51,248 nucleotides of DNA. Source: a virus. Its lineage: Duplodnaviria; Caudoviricetes. Under the pieces are notes generated by a model that saw nothing but the letters and a program-made list of their open reading frames with translations, had not been told where the DNA came from and ran no database searches. A program made the translations under genes and the position numbers. Where the stretch lies: positions 1 to 51,248 of IMG/VR virus record IMGVR_UViG_3300048999_000032; one strand, written 5' to 3'. Below, piece after piece: positions 32,617 to 42,176 of this stretch (position 1 is the first letter of the stretch; every line of letters begins with the position of its first letter).

Positions 32617-34740
32617 CTACAGAGCCCACACGGCTTGTCGTTTGAGCCGGACCACTTCTCCGGACGAATGGGTCTTCACGACACCGTTGACCGACCGCGT
32701 AACCGTGAAGGTCTGCGCACTGCCGGGCGTCGTCCCCGAGATCGCGGTCACGGTCATCTCTTCACCAGCGACCATGATCGAGATCGGCATGTCCCCACCC
32801 GCAGTCGTCCACAGGGTCGTGGCGTCAGCAGACAGGACCGACATGCTTGTGGCCGTGGTGGTCATGGTCGCGTTCACCAGCGCCGTCTCGCCTGCGCCGA
32901 GGCGTGAACCGGTCGACTCGACCACGAACACTTCGTACGGTTCAGCGGGCATGCAGTTGGCCGTCCAGAGATGAACGAACGGGTCGATCGTCTCCGAGTA
33001 GCCGACGATGATCAGCGAGACCGTGTCGTAGATGAACGCCTTCTGCATCCCGGTGATCGTGAACATACTCCCGACGTCGGCGGCCTTGATCGCCGCCCTT
33101 AGGGTCGAGTTCATGCCCGGTGCCTGCAGATTGACGGTCACCGAAGGCCACCGCGCCTGATTCAGGGTTCCGATACCCGCGACCCACGAGGCCACCGACA
33201 GCAGCTGATTGTCGGCCTGCACGTTGACCGTCACCTCGGTCGCATACCGCCCCACACCGACCGGAGGATCCACCGTCGACATGGCACCCGTATCAACCGT
33301 GTACCGGTCCGAGCCGCCCTCACGGCGGGTCGCGGTCACGTCGTTGCGGGTGTACTGGTCGTCGTCGATCGGCTCCAGCGGAGCCACGACCTGCTGACCG
33401 TCGTAAGCCAGATTGAACGCAGCCGTCTGGTTGTACAGCGACGCGTTCGACAGGTACAGCAGTCCAGGGGCATTGCGTTGCTCGAGCAGGATCCCCATGT
33501 CGGTCGTTTCGCAGTCACGGATCTGCTCGAGCCTCGCCTCGGTGAACTGCGGCCCCATCACCGCCGACTCCGACGCTGTACCCACGGTCGCGACTGGGAT
33601 ACCCCCGTTGGCAGCGATCCGGGCGATCCGGGCGATCGCCGTCTCGCCCGTGTAGGCGAACGCGGCGTTGTAGTAGTCGCCGACGAGTGGAAGGTTCGCC
33701 TCGGTGTTGTCGGCCCACAACGCCATGTGCGCGATGTTCGTCACGGTCTGACCCGTGAACCGCGAATAGAACAGCCGGAACAGCGGGACACCGGCAAGGG
33801 TCTGATTGATTCCGTTGGTGCCGAAGTCGACGATATTGCCGTCGATGTACACCCGGTACTGGATCGGGACAGCCCCGCCGCCATCCCGAAGGATGAATCG
33901 GCAGGTATGCAGTTGGCCGTCCTGCAGTTCAGGGATGACCCCGGTTGCCGGGTTGGTGACGAGCGTGGCGTTGCCGTCGTAGTAGGACACCTGCGTCGTG
34001 CCCGCATTGCCGGAGGTGTTGAACCGCAGTTGGTACCAGCTGTCCCAGGTCGGCCACAGTTGCACGTCCAGAACCCCGAGGGCCGGCGACTGGAACACGA
34101 AGTCAAGCGCTGCGAACGCACCCGATGGTGCGCCGGCTCCCTGCATCCAGGCCGTCGCCCCGGTCGAGTTCAACTCCATTCCGGTACCAAGCCACGCCGC
34201 ACCCATGTCCTTGCCGAACGTGTACAGCGGACGGTGGACACCGCCGAACGTGCCGGACATCGACGGAGCGATGTTTTGACTGACCGTGGTGTCCGAGCCG
34301 TCTGACAGCGGGTAGTACGCCGCCAGGGTCGACTGCGCCAGTACCCAGTCCCGTAGCCCGTTCGACACCACCGGCTGACCCTGACCGAGACGCCGCATGA
34401 TCCCGTACGCCTCGACCGGGATCCAGTTGTCCGAATGGCTCTCGTCCCACTTCGGTTCGAGGCTGGACAGTTCACCGTAGAACCGGGTCGACACCCCGCT
34501 GTCGATGGTGCACCGGATCGGGGTGTTGCGCCCGATCTTCCCGTACAGCGGCGACAGCGGATTGCGCGGTGAGTACATGCCGTCGCGGTTGTCGAGCGTG
34601 AACGTCAACCGCTGCGGCGAAGCCTGGGACTGCTCGTTGTCCCTGCCGCGGGAGATGGTCAACGGGTCCCGCTGATAGCCCTTGACCGCGGTCCAGACGC
34701 CAGGCGCGGTCTGGATCTCGATCGTGTACTGGTTCGTCAT
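32617..34740 (-). CDS. Minor tail / baseplate hub protein with LamG-like domain
   Basis: Follows tape measure; ITISRGR-like and LDNRDG.YSPRNP.SPLYG motifs, AYYPL.D, TFTVTRSVNG. Confidence 0.85.
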   Translation of the reverse strand: MTNQYTIEIQTAPGVWTAVKGYQRDPLTISRGRDNEQSQASPQRLTFTLDNRDGMYSPRNPLSPLYGKIGRNTPIRCTIDSGVSTRFYGELSSLEPKWDESHSDNWIPVEAYGIMRRLGQGQPVVSNGLRDWVLAQSTLAAYYPLSDGSDTTVSQNIAPSMSGTFGGVHRPLYTFGKDMGAAWLGTGMELNSTGATAWMQGAGAPSGAFAALDFVFQSPALGVLDVQLWPTWDSWYQLRFNTSGNAGTTQVSYYDGNATLVTNPATGVIPELQDGQLHTCRFILRDGGGAVPIQYRVYIDGNIVDFGTNGINQTLAGVPLFRLFYSRFTGQTVTNIAHMALWADNTEANLPLVGDYYNAAFAYTGETAIARIARIAANGGIPVATVGTASESAVMGPQFTEARLEQIRDCETTDMGILLEQRNAPGLLYLSNASLYNQTAAFNLAYDGQQVVAPLEPIDDDQYTRNDVTATRREGGSDRYTVDTGAMSTVDPPVGVGRYATEVTVNVQADNQLLSVASWVAGIGTLNQARWPSVTVNLQAPGMNSTLRAAIKAADVGSMFTITGMQKAFIYDTVSLIIVGYSETIDPFVHLWTANCMPAEPYEVFVVESTGSRLGAGETALVNATMTTTATSMSVLSADATTLWTTAGGDMPISIMVAGEEMTVTAISGTTPGSAQTFTVTRSVNGVVKTHSSGEVVRLKRQAVWAL

Positions 34741-37700
34741 CCGAACGCCTGCTGCACGTTGCCGCCCTTGATCTTCACGTACTTGCGGAGTTCGCGCACC
34801 AGGAAGTCCGTGTAGGGACTGGAGTCACCCGCGGCGATCTCAATGCGCATGACACCTCCACCCTGAGCAGGGACCGCGGAACGGCGTGACCCCGAACCAG
34901 GAATGGCCGCAGCACCCAGACCGACCCCGGCCTTCTTTACCCGGCCATACTCGCCTTCGATGCCGCGTGAGAACCCGATGGCCGCCATGGAGCCGTGCCA
35001 CTCGAGAACCTTCGACGGAGACCGGATACCCAGCGTCTTCTTGATCTGGGCAACGATCGCGGCAGCCAGCTTCTTCGACGCCGCATCCAATGCCTTCGTC
35101 TTCGCCAGCAGCCCGTTCACCAGACCCTGCGCAGCATCAACACCGGCCTGGTACATGTTCTTCGCTGCGGTGTTTCCCAGCCCAGCTGATGCGGTGGCGA
35201 TCTGCGCCTGGAGACTGTTCGCCTGAGCAACAGCACCCTTACCACCCATCAACAAAGCGGCAGCCGTAGCGCCGCCCGCCTCGACACCGGCGTCAGCGAT
35301 CTGCTTGTACAGGTCACTTCGCAGCCCCTGAGCCTTTAGGGAGGCGAGGTTCGCTGCGAAGTTCTTGGTCGCACCCAGGGTCTGCTGCATGCGGGCGATG
35401 ATGTCGCCGGCCACCAGCTGGCCGCCCTGGTCCGGCTGCAGATTGGTGATCGCGTTGAACGACAGCGCCGCGTCAACGACCGCCTTCTTGAAGTCGTCCC
35501 GGACCTGAATCGCGGAAGCGAGCTTCGCCTGCGCCGCCTTCAACCTCCCGGCGATGACAGCGCGCTGGTTGGCGAGCTTCTGCATAGCGACGTTCTCACG
35601 CTGGATCATCGCCAGGACAGCGTTGCGCTTCGGTGAAGTACCCAACCGGGAAGCGATCGCCTGCACGTTCGACAGGTCAACCTTCGCCTGGTTGAGCCTG
35701 GCCTGAGCAGCCCTCTTCCCCGCACGTGACGTCGCCGCAGCCACTTGCGCCGTGTAGGTGGCGACCTGCTTCTGCGCTGCCTTCTTCGTGTCAGCGGCGT
35801 TGTAGGCGATGTTCAGGACCTTGGACATGAGCGAAGCCATGACCGACTGGACCTGCTTCGCCGACCCCAGGAGCCCGATCTTGAAGCCCTGGTTGATGTA
35901 CAGGCCCAGCTGCGCGAACGCCTTCGACGGACTCGCGATACCCAGTACGTCCTTGGCTTTCGCGATCATCTGCGCAGCGACCTGGCCGGCCGCAGCAACC
36001 GCCGACCCGCCGCCGCCGAGCATGCCCTGCGCCATCCCGGACGCGACACTCTGACCCACCGCCATCGACGGCACCTTCGGGAGGATCGTGCCGCTCTCCT
36101 TCGGCACGAACAACTCCGGTCGATGCTCACCCACGACGTACGGGACACCCTTGGCGACCGGGCCGCCAGAGGCTCTGCGGCCGACGCTCGACGGGGCCTG
36201 TAGGTTCACCCCCGTCGACGAGTACTTCGTGATCACGCTGTTCGTGACCGTCTTGCCGTGCAGGGAGTTGATCTTCGCCTGCGCCGCAGCGACAGCAGCA
36301 GTCAACTGCGCGTAGGTGGCCTCAAGCTTGGCCCTCTTCGTCGCGGACAGCTTCGGGTCTGCGAGTTGCTTCTTCGCCGCCGCGAGCTTCGCATCGAGGT
36401 TGGCCTTGTCCGCCAGCAGTCTCGCGGTCTTGCTCAGCGGCAAAGAAGCGAGCAGGCCCTTGGATGACGCGATCCCGGCCTTCAGGTTCGAGATCTCGGC
36501 CTTGAGCGTGGCCTTCTTCGTGGCCGTCAGATGCGGACTCTTCAACGCCGCCTGAGCTGTAGCGAGTTTGCCCTGCAGGTCCTTGATGTTCGCCGTCACA
36601 TCCACGCGCTTGACAGGCGGCAGCGCGATCAGCTGCGCCGCCATCGCCTTCGCGACCGGGATGGAGAACCCCATCTGCTGAGCGAGCTTCTCGTAAGCTG
36701 CGCGGGAAGACAGTGCCGACTTCGCCGCCGACGTGTTCCCGTCGTTGGCCTTCAGCATCGCGTCGCGCTGAGCAATCGCAGACGCCGCCACCTGGTCCAG
36801 TGCGGTCTTGTTGTCGCGACCCTTCTGGGTGTTGATGTCGTGCGTCTTGCCGTTGTCCTTGATCGCCTGGGTCGCGTCGTCCACGGCCTGCTGGTAGCCG
36901 ATCTGCGCACCAGACAAGGTCAGCAGCAGCGAAGACAACTTGTTGAGGCTGCCGATCAGCTTGTCCGTCGCCGCGACCTGCCGGTCATACGTCCCGGCGA
37001 GCAGAGCAGCAGCAGCATTCGCCTCATGGGTCGCGTGAGCACTGTGGGCCACTGCGTTCGCATGCGCCAGATGGGCGGCAGCGGCCTTGGCCAACGACGA
37101 CGCCTCGGCAGTCGCGGCATCCGCCGCGGCCTTGGCCTGACCGGGGAACTGCCTGTCAATGGCCCACTTGGTGGCGTCAGCGACAGCGGTGAACCCTTTC
37201 GCCAGCAGATCGATCGGGCCGGTTACCGTCGCGACCGCGCCACGCAACGTGTACATCAGCGCCGTCACAGCACTGATGCCGGTGAGCCGCTTGAACGCCG
37301 CGTCAGCGTCATTCAGGCGAGCGACAAACCCGATCAGGTCACTGGCCAAACCCCCGACGCCGCGGGTGAAGTCCGCGAGCGCGGTCGGGTTCTTCGAGAT
37401 CGACTCGCTGAGCTTGGTCAGGCTCGCCGACAGTTTCGCGAACAGGTCGTTCATCGCCGGACCCAACGCCCCCAGCACCTTCGAGAAGGCACCGGCCAGC
37501 GGCTGCAAAGCGGGACCCAGCTTCTGAAGGGACCGGCCAAGCTGGTCACCGAATCCCGACACCGCCGGGGCCAAGGTCTTGAACGCTGCGGCGAGTTGCG
37601 GCTTCAGTCCGGCGAAGGTGCGCCGTGCCACGACACTCATCGCCACGAGCGTGGACTCGAACGGCTTCGAAATGGTGCGCATCTGAGCGCCCAGATCGGC

Positions 37701-38378
37701 CGCCGTCTTGGACCAGATCGACTTGACCGCCTCGGACTCAGCCGCGAACTTGAGTCCGATCGCGGAGAGTCCCGCACCGGCACCGGTGACGATCGCCCCG
37801 GCGACCACAGCACCCAACGGGACCGCTGCGGCTGCCACGGCGACGACCAGACCGCCGATGATCGCCGGCCCGACGACAGGGGTCTTCAAAGCGCCCATGA
37901 TGCCGGAGTTGAACCCGTCGCCGGCGGTCTTGCCCGCCTTCTCGAAGTCCTTGCCTGCACCGGTGAACCAGTGCAGCACGGACTTGGCTGCGCCCTTACC
38001 GGCACTCTTGCCCTCATTGTCGAGGATCTTGCCCAGATCCTTCGCCGCCTTCTGCGCTGTGTCACCGGCGACAGCGGCGTCACGCCGCGCCTTCGCCAAC
38101 ATCTTCTCCGCAGCAACAACCTGACCGGTCTTCGCCTTCGAGTTGTTGCGTACGTCAGACAGACGCGCCTCAGCGACCTGAACCTTGTCCAGGGCATCGG
38201 ACTCGGCGTTGTGGGCCTTCGTCAGGTTCGCTGAGGCCTTCGCCGCGTCCGCACTGATCGCAGTGTTCTTCTTGGCCGCGTTCCCGGTCTTGTCGAGAGC
38301 ACGCTCCACCTTGGCCAGAACGGCAGTGGCACCGTCATCCCTTGCCATGATGTCGAAAGCGAGCCGGGAGTCGACCAT
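34737..38378 (-). CDS. Tape measure protein (~1213 aa)
   Basis: Longest ORF, Ala-rich helical; RASGGPV...VVGE..PELFVP, LGIASPSK, LGIRSPSK. Confidence 0.95.
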   Translation of the reverse strand: MVDSRLAFDIMARDDGATAVLAKVERALDKTGNAAKKNTAISADAAKASANLTKAHNAESDALDKVQVAEARLSDVRNNSKAKTGQVVAAEKMLAKARRDAAVAGDTAQKAAKDLGKILDNEGKSAGKGAAKSVLHWFTGAGKDFEKAGKTAGDGFNSGIMGALKTPVVGPAIIGGLVVAVAAAAVPLGAVVAGAIVTGAGAGLSAIGLKFAAESEAVKSIWSKTAADLGAQMRTISKPFESTLVAMSVVARRTFAGLKPQLAAAFKTLAPAVSGFGDQLGRSLQKLGPALQPLAGAFSKVLGALGPAMNDLFAKLSASLTKLSESISKNPTALADFTRGVGGLASDLIGFVARLNDADAAFKRLTGISAVTALMYTLRGAVATVTGPIDLLAKGFTAVADATKWAIDRQFPGQAKAAADAATAEASSLAKAAAAHLAHANAVAHSAHATHEANAAAALLAGTYDRQVAATDKLIGSLNKLSSLLLTLSGAQIGYQQAVDDATQAIKDNGKTHDINTQKGRDNKTALDQVAASAIAQRDAMLKANDGNTSAAKSALSSRAAYEKLAQQMGFSIPVAKAMAAQLIALPPVKRVDVTANIKDLQGKLATAQAALKSPHLTATKKATLKAEISNLKAGIASSKGLLASLPLSKTARLLADKANLDAKLAAAKKQLADPKLSATKRAKLEATYAQLTAAVAAAQAKINSLHGKTVTNSVITKYSSTGVNLQAPSSVGRRASGGPVAKGVPYVVGEHRPELFVPKESGTILPKVPSMAVGQSVASGMAQGMLGGGGSAVAAAGQVAAQMIAKAKDVLGIASPSKAFAQLGLYINQGFKIGLLGSAKQVQSVMASLMSKVLNIAYNAADTKKAAQKQVATYTAQVAAATSRAGKRAAQARLNQAKVDLSNVQAIASRLGTSPKRNAVLAMIQRENVAMQKLANQRAVIAGRLKAAQAKLASAIQVRDDFKKAVVDAALSFNAITNLQPDQGGQLVAGDIIARMQQTLGATKNFAANLASLKAQGLRSDLYKQIADAGVEAGGATAAALLMGGKGAVAQANSLQAQIATASAGLGNTAAKNMYQAGVDAAQGLVNGLLAKTKALDAASKKLAAAIVAQIKKTLGIRSPSKVLEWHGSMAAIGFSRGIEGEYGRVKKAGVGLGAAAIPGSGSRRSAVPAQGGGVMRIEIAAGDSSPYTDFLVRELRKYVKIKGGNVQQAFG

Positions 38379-38380
38379 TG

Positions 38381-38599
38381 TCAGCCTCCGTGCTTCTGTG
38401 CCTGCTGGATGAGCCACTGCGCGCCGTCGACAACCGGCTCTTTGTTCGGGTCGAGCTCGTCGAGGAGGTCCTCGTACGTGTAGAGCGTTTCCCAGCTCTC
38501 GTCAGCCAGGACCTGCCACGGGATGCTTACGTGGGCGATCAGTCCGATGCGGAGGCTGAGTCGGATGAGGTATCGCCGGACGGATCCGGCTGGGTAGGG
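38381..38599 (-). CDS. Tail assembly chaperone, -1 frameshift extension
   Basis: Start-less frame PYPAGSVRRYLIRL...QKHGG, entered at CAC CCT AC and ending just before the TMP ATG. Confidence 0.7.
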   Translation of the reverse strand, partial: PYPAGSVRRYLIRLSLRIGLIAHVSIPWQVLADESWETLYTYEDLLDELDPNKEPVVDGAQWLIQQAQKHGG

Positions 38600-38865
38600 T
38601 GCGGCTCGTTCGCGGCCTTCTCGGCGTCATCGATCCACGTGACGTCCTCGACGTCCTCGATCTTGTTGAGCCACGTCTCGTAGTCCAACGTCTCCTTGCC
38701 GGAGATGTTGAGCGCCGCCCACCCGAAGTAGTAGGTGACCGAGATCGCGTTCTCGTTCTTCACCCCGCCGAAGTGCTCTTCCGCCATGACCTGCGCGCGC
38801 GGGTAGACCTTCACGGTCTCTTCGCGGCCGTCCTGGTAGAGGACCTTGACTGTCCTGGCTGCCAT
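38539..38865 (-). CDS. Tail assembly chaperone
   Basis: Position before TMP; HPT slippery site near the 3' end. Confidence 0.8.
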   Translation of the reverse strand: MAARTVKVLYQDGREETVKVYPRAQVMAEEHFGGVKNENAISVTYYFGWAALNISGKETLDYETWLNKIEDVEDVTWIDDAEKAANEPHPTQPDPSGDTSSDSASASD

Positions 38866-38866
38866 C

Positions 38867-39172
38867 TCAGATCTCCTGACCTGAAGCTTGCTCGGTGGGG
38901 AAGCCCGGGTTCAGAGGAGGGGTCCAGCCGAACCGCTTCAGCAGGTCGACCGTCTCCTCGGCGACGTGGACCTTGGTCATCGCCACATCGAGATCGACCT
39001 CGATCGGCTCGATGGAGAACTCGTAGACAGCGGGCTGGATAACGAGTTCGGGTGCTTCGCCAGCGAACGCCTTGAGACTCAGCGAACGAACAGCTGACGA
39101 GATGTCGTCACCATCGAGCGTGACTACCTGGTCACCACGGCTGACGCCTTGATGGAAGGTGAGCTTCGGCAT
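38867..39172 (-). CDS. Hypothetical protein in tail module
   Basis: AGGAG RBS; VTLDGDDISSAVRSL. Confidence 0.65.
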   Translation of the reverse strand: MPKLTFHQGVSRGDQVVTLDGDDISSAVRSLSLKAFAGEAPELVIQPAVYEFSIEPIEVDLDVAMTKVHVAEETVDLLKRFGWTPPLNPGFPTEQASGQEI

Positions 39173-39253
39173 TTCTTCTCCTGACCTTCCTGACCGTGGA
39201 TATGGCAGCGGCCCCCGCCCGGTCAGGGGAAACGAGAGCCGCTGGACTAGCTA

Positions 39254-39691
39254 CTACGCGATTTCGCGGGCGATCTTGTCGAGCGCCTTCTTCAACTCCG
39301 CACGCACCTTCGGCGCACCGTTGTGGATCGGACGGTCGAACCAGTCCAGCGCCTTCGGGATCGCCTGGCCCACCCAAGTGCCCGGCTTGCCGTAGACGGG
39401 GTGGCGGACCTTACCCTCGTTCGTCAGCTTCAGCTGAGTGATGCCGCGGGCAATGATCCGGATTCCGCCGGCCCGCCGCTGATGCGACATGCCAGAGGAC
39501 GCCACGATCGCCGCGAGCCCACCACGATGCGGCAGGTTCGCCGCAGCCGACGCCGTCGCGGCACGCTCCAACGGGGGAGCCGCGCGTTCGAGGGCGTTGA
39601 TGATCTCGTGCGGCAGTTCGCCGTTCGCCCTGCGCATCCGGGCGGCGGCCTCCTTGAACTGGTCGCCGCCACGGATCTGGATGCTGGCCAC
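39254..39691 (-). CDS. Tail completion protein (HK97 gp10-like)
   Basis: IQIRG..QF; G.VRHPVYG...WV.Q; basic 145 aa. Confidence 0.7.
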   Translation of the reverse strand: MASIQIRGGDQFKEAAARMRRANGELPHEIINALERAAPPLERAATASAAANLPHRGGLAAIVASSGMSHQRRAGGIRIIARGITQLKLTNEGKVRHPVYGKPGTWVGQAIPKALDWFDRPIHNGAPKVRAELKKALDKIAREIA

Positions 39692-40113
39692 TAGGCGATG
39701 GGGTACGTCATGCCAGCATTCGAGTTGTTCTTGAAGGTCGCGGTGGTCGCGGGAACATCGCCGACCGAAGCGTCCAGCATCTTGTAGTTGAACATCAGCG
39801 CCGAGGCCAGCAGAGCGGCAGGGTTCGTCGCCGACCGGGCAGCGGACGAGAACCGCACCTCAACCGCGAACGGCGTGGTCGACCCGATCAGCGGCTGCAG
39901 GGTCTGGTGCGTCTTGCCGGTCGCGAAGTCCTGGAACAGGACGATGTCCATGCTCGCGTCGCCGAGGCCCTTGGCGTACGCCTTCGCGGTAGCGCCGAAG
40001 GCGGTGATCTCCTTCTCGTCGCGGTCGTCGGTGATGGTCACCTGGTTGCCGTGATCCGAGAGGGTGACGCCGTTGATGATGATCGTCGCATCGGTGAATG
40101 TCTGAATCGCCAT
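39691..40113 (-). CDS. Major tail tube protein
   Basis: INGVTLSDH, EITAFG...GL.D, QDF, SATNP, VGD motifs. Confidence 0.8.
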   Translation of the reverse strand: MAIQTFTDATIIINGVTLSDHGNQVTITDDRDEKEITAFGATAKAYAKGLGDASMDIVLFQDFATGKTHQTLQPLIGSTTPFAVEVRFSSAARSATNPAALLASALMFNYKMLDASVGDVPATTATFKNNSNAGMTYPIA

Positions 40114-40235
40114 GGGTGTAGCTCCTGGAGTCTCAGGGGTGGGAACGGAAACCCCAGGCAGTGCGGAAGGCCCGGCGCGCCTGGGTGTGCCGGGCCTTCC
40201 TTCCCTCGGGGATCAACCGAGGGTGTCTACGTGTG

Positions 40236-40565
40236 CTACTTCTTCTTGGCCGGTGCGTCCTCGACGGCTTCCTTCACGGACACGTCGGCAGGGCCGACCT
40301 TGACGGGCGGGGCTTCGATGCGCTCGATGTGGCCGCCCTGGATGAGGGCCGCCTCGAGCTCAACCCGCAGTGCGCCCAGCCACTCGCTGTCCTGTGGGCC
40401 GCCGGAGAAGTTGTCCGACAGGACCTTGTAGGGACGTGGAACGATCTCGAGGTGCCCGCCGTCGACGGCGTCCCTCTCGTCCATGACGGACAGGTCGAGA
40501 CTGACCACGGCATCGCCGTACTGCGACTTCGCCGCTTCCGAGAGCGGCCGGTACGTGTTCGTCAT
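40236..40565 (-). CDS. Hypothetical virion-module protein
   Basis: Internal duplication GGHLEIV / GGHIERI. Confidence 0.65.
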   Translation of the reverse strand: MTNTYRPLSEAAKSQYGDAVVSLDLSVMDERDAVDGGHLEIVPRPYKVLSDNFSGGPQDSEWLGALRVELEAALIQGGHIERIEAPPVKVGPADVSVKEAVEDAPAKKK

Positions 40566-40906
40566 CAGACCCCGTTCGGGTAGAGCTTGCACGTCACCGA
40601 CGCCGTGAACGAGTGAGTGATCGTGACCAGACCCGTCGCCGGATTCACCTGGGTCGGGCTGATGTAGAAGATCTGGGACGTACCGGCGGTCACGCTGTCG
40701 GTCGGCGTCGTAGCTGCACTTCCGGCAGGCGACGTTCCGGCGTCCGAGATGGTGATGGTGTCCGGCGATGCGCCACCATTGATGACGTCGAGGTAGGCAC
40801 CCTTGGGACCTAGCTGCGCCTGCGCGATTGTGTCGGTCGACGCCACGTTGACCGGGGCATTTACCGTCCCCAGGAGTGTGGGGACGATGGCTGTAAGTGC
40901 GGCCAT
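40565..40906 (-). CDS. Hypothetical structural protein
   Basis: Thr/Ala-rich beta protein; AAGGAG RBS. Confidence 0.7.
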   Translation of the reverse strand: MAALTAIVPTLLGTVNAPVNVASTDTIAQAQLGPKGAYLDVINGGASPDTITISDAGTSPAGSAATTPTDSVTAGTSQIFYISPTQVNPATGLVTITHSFTASVTCKLYPNGV

Positions 40907-40920
40907 GTGCGGTTCTCCTT

Positions 40921-41370
40921 CTAGATTTGGCCCTTGTAGGTGACCGTGAACACGATCCGGACTTTCGCGGCCTGCTTGGTTTGGACCGGCGAGTACCGGT
41001 GGTCCGAGACGAACGAATCCATCACCAGACCGCCTAGTTGCGGGTCTGCACGGAGTGCGTCCTCAGCGGCAGAGACGAACCCGTAGGCACGTGCGCGCAG
41101 CGTAGGAACATCGGTGTCACCGGCGCGTGATACGACCGCGCACGTGACCTGACCGTCCTCCTGCTTCACCCGCGCGAACGCCATCCAGGACTGCTGAGCG
41201 GTCGCGCCCTCGTTGAACTCGTCCGGGCTGCCACCGTTGAACCCGACGTACACCCAGTCATTCGACGGGTCGGCGTTCACCTGCGGTCCGTCGACCACGT
41301 TGATGGTCGGCAGCGCGGCCTTCCACATCGCGGTGAGATACACGATCACCGCATCCGTCCTGGCGCTCAC
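40921..41370 (-). CDS. Tail terminator-like protein
   Basis: VVDGP, LRADPQLGGLV; follows the adaptor. Confidence 0.7.
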   Translation of the reverse strand: MSARTDAVIVYLTAMWKAALPTINVVDGPQVNADPSNDWVYVGFNGGSPDEFNEGATAQQSWMAFARVKQEDGQVTCAVVSRAGDTDVPTLRARAYGFVSAAEDALRADPQLGGLVMDSFVSDHRYSPVQTKQAAKVRIVFTVTYKGQI

Positions 41371-42176
41371 GCAAAGCCTGCCGCTGCCTGGTCGGGCTGT
41401 AGCAAGGTGATTGCACGGAACGGCACCAGGTACCCCGTACCGAGCCGCGGATCCACCGGGTCGTCACCCTGGGCGCTGGGCAGGTTCCCCAGCCGCGACT
41501 CCCACAGGTGCTGGATGATGATCTGCGCCGCGAGAATCCAAGCCGCCTTCACCGACGTACGGCCCACCGTGTAGGTGACGTCCATGTCCCCGTACAGCAC
41601 CATGAACGACGACTTGAAACCGAAGATCCCAGACGGGGTGTCCAGGAGGATCTGAGTCAGGTCGACCGTGCCCGTTCCCGGCAGAACCACCACGATGTTG
41701 TCGATCGACAGCACCTGCGTGTGCGGCAACGGGATCTGCGGACGGTACCCGTGCACCCTGCGCGTGTACTGCCGCCGCACCACCGGACCCACGTAGGACT
41801 CGACGATCGAAGTCGTGGCCTCGAGGAAGCCGCGCAGTTGCTCGTCGGACTTCGTGGAGGTGATGTTCAGTTGGTCCTTCGCGTCGGCCAGCGAGATCAG
41901 CGACGGTGACGCGGCTTCGCGGACGTCGATCGTGTCGCCATAGGCCGCGTTGGGTCCCGTCATCAGCGCACGCCACGTGTACCGTCCCTCGACGGCGGGG
42001 ACGTATGTGACCTGGTAGTGCCCTGTCGAAGCGGGTGGGTTCGTCACCGCGGGAGTGACGGTTGTCCCATCGGGGAGCGTGATCGTCAGCGTCGCCGTGG
42101 CGGCGTTCGCCAGAGTTCCCGTGGAGTCCTTCACGTCCCAGGCGATCGGGACGGAGTCACCGATGTCGTAGGGCAT
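41367..42176 (-). CDS. Head-tail adaptor with N-terminal Ig-like domain
   Basis: LISLADAKDQLNI...DEQLRGFLEA (gp6/gp15-like) preceded by an ~85-aa beta domain (TITLPDGT, GHYQVTY, GRYTWR). Confidence 0.8.
   Translation of the reverse strand: MPYDIGDSVPIAWDVKDSTGTLANAATATLTITLPDGTTVTPAVTNPPASTGHYQVTYVPAVEGRYTWRALMTGPNAAYGDTIDVREAASPSLISLADAKDQLNITSTKSDEQLRGFLEATTSIVESYVGPVVRRQYTRRVHGYRPQIPLPHTQVLSIDNIVVVLPGTGTVDLTQILLDTPSGIFGFKSSFMVLYGDMDVTYTVGRTSVKAAWILAAQIIIQHLWESRLGNLPSAQGDDPVDPRLGTGYLVPFRAITLLQPDQAAAGFA

Noticed and set aside
36531-38234. 567-aa plus-strand ORF and similar long antisense ORFs
   Set aside because: Shadow frames of GC3-rich minus-strand genes such as the tape measure; no motifs or RBS.
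40160-40202. Hairpin GAAGGCCCGGC...GCCGGGCCTTC resembling the one at 2544-2605
   Set aside because: An 11-bp GC-rich similarity between two terminator-like stems; insufficient evidence for a shared element.
41570-41605. Self-target of array unit 6 (VLYGAL..TP) in the adaptor gene (VLYGDMDVTY)
   Set aside because: Only about 6 of 10 dinucleotides match, which is plausible by chance. I could not search the window exhaustively for self-targets by eye.
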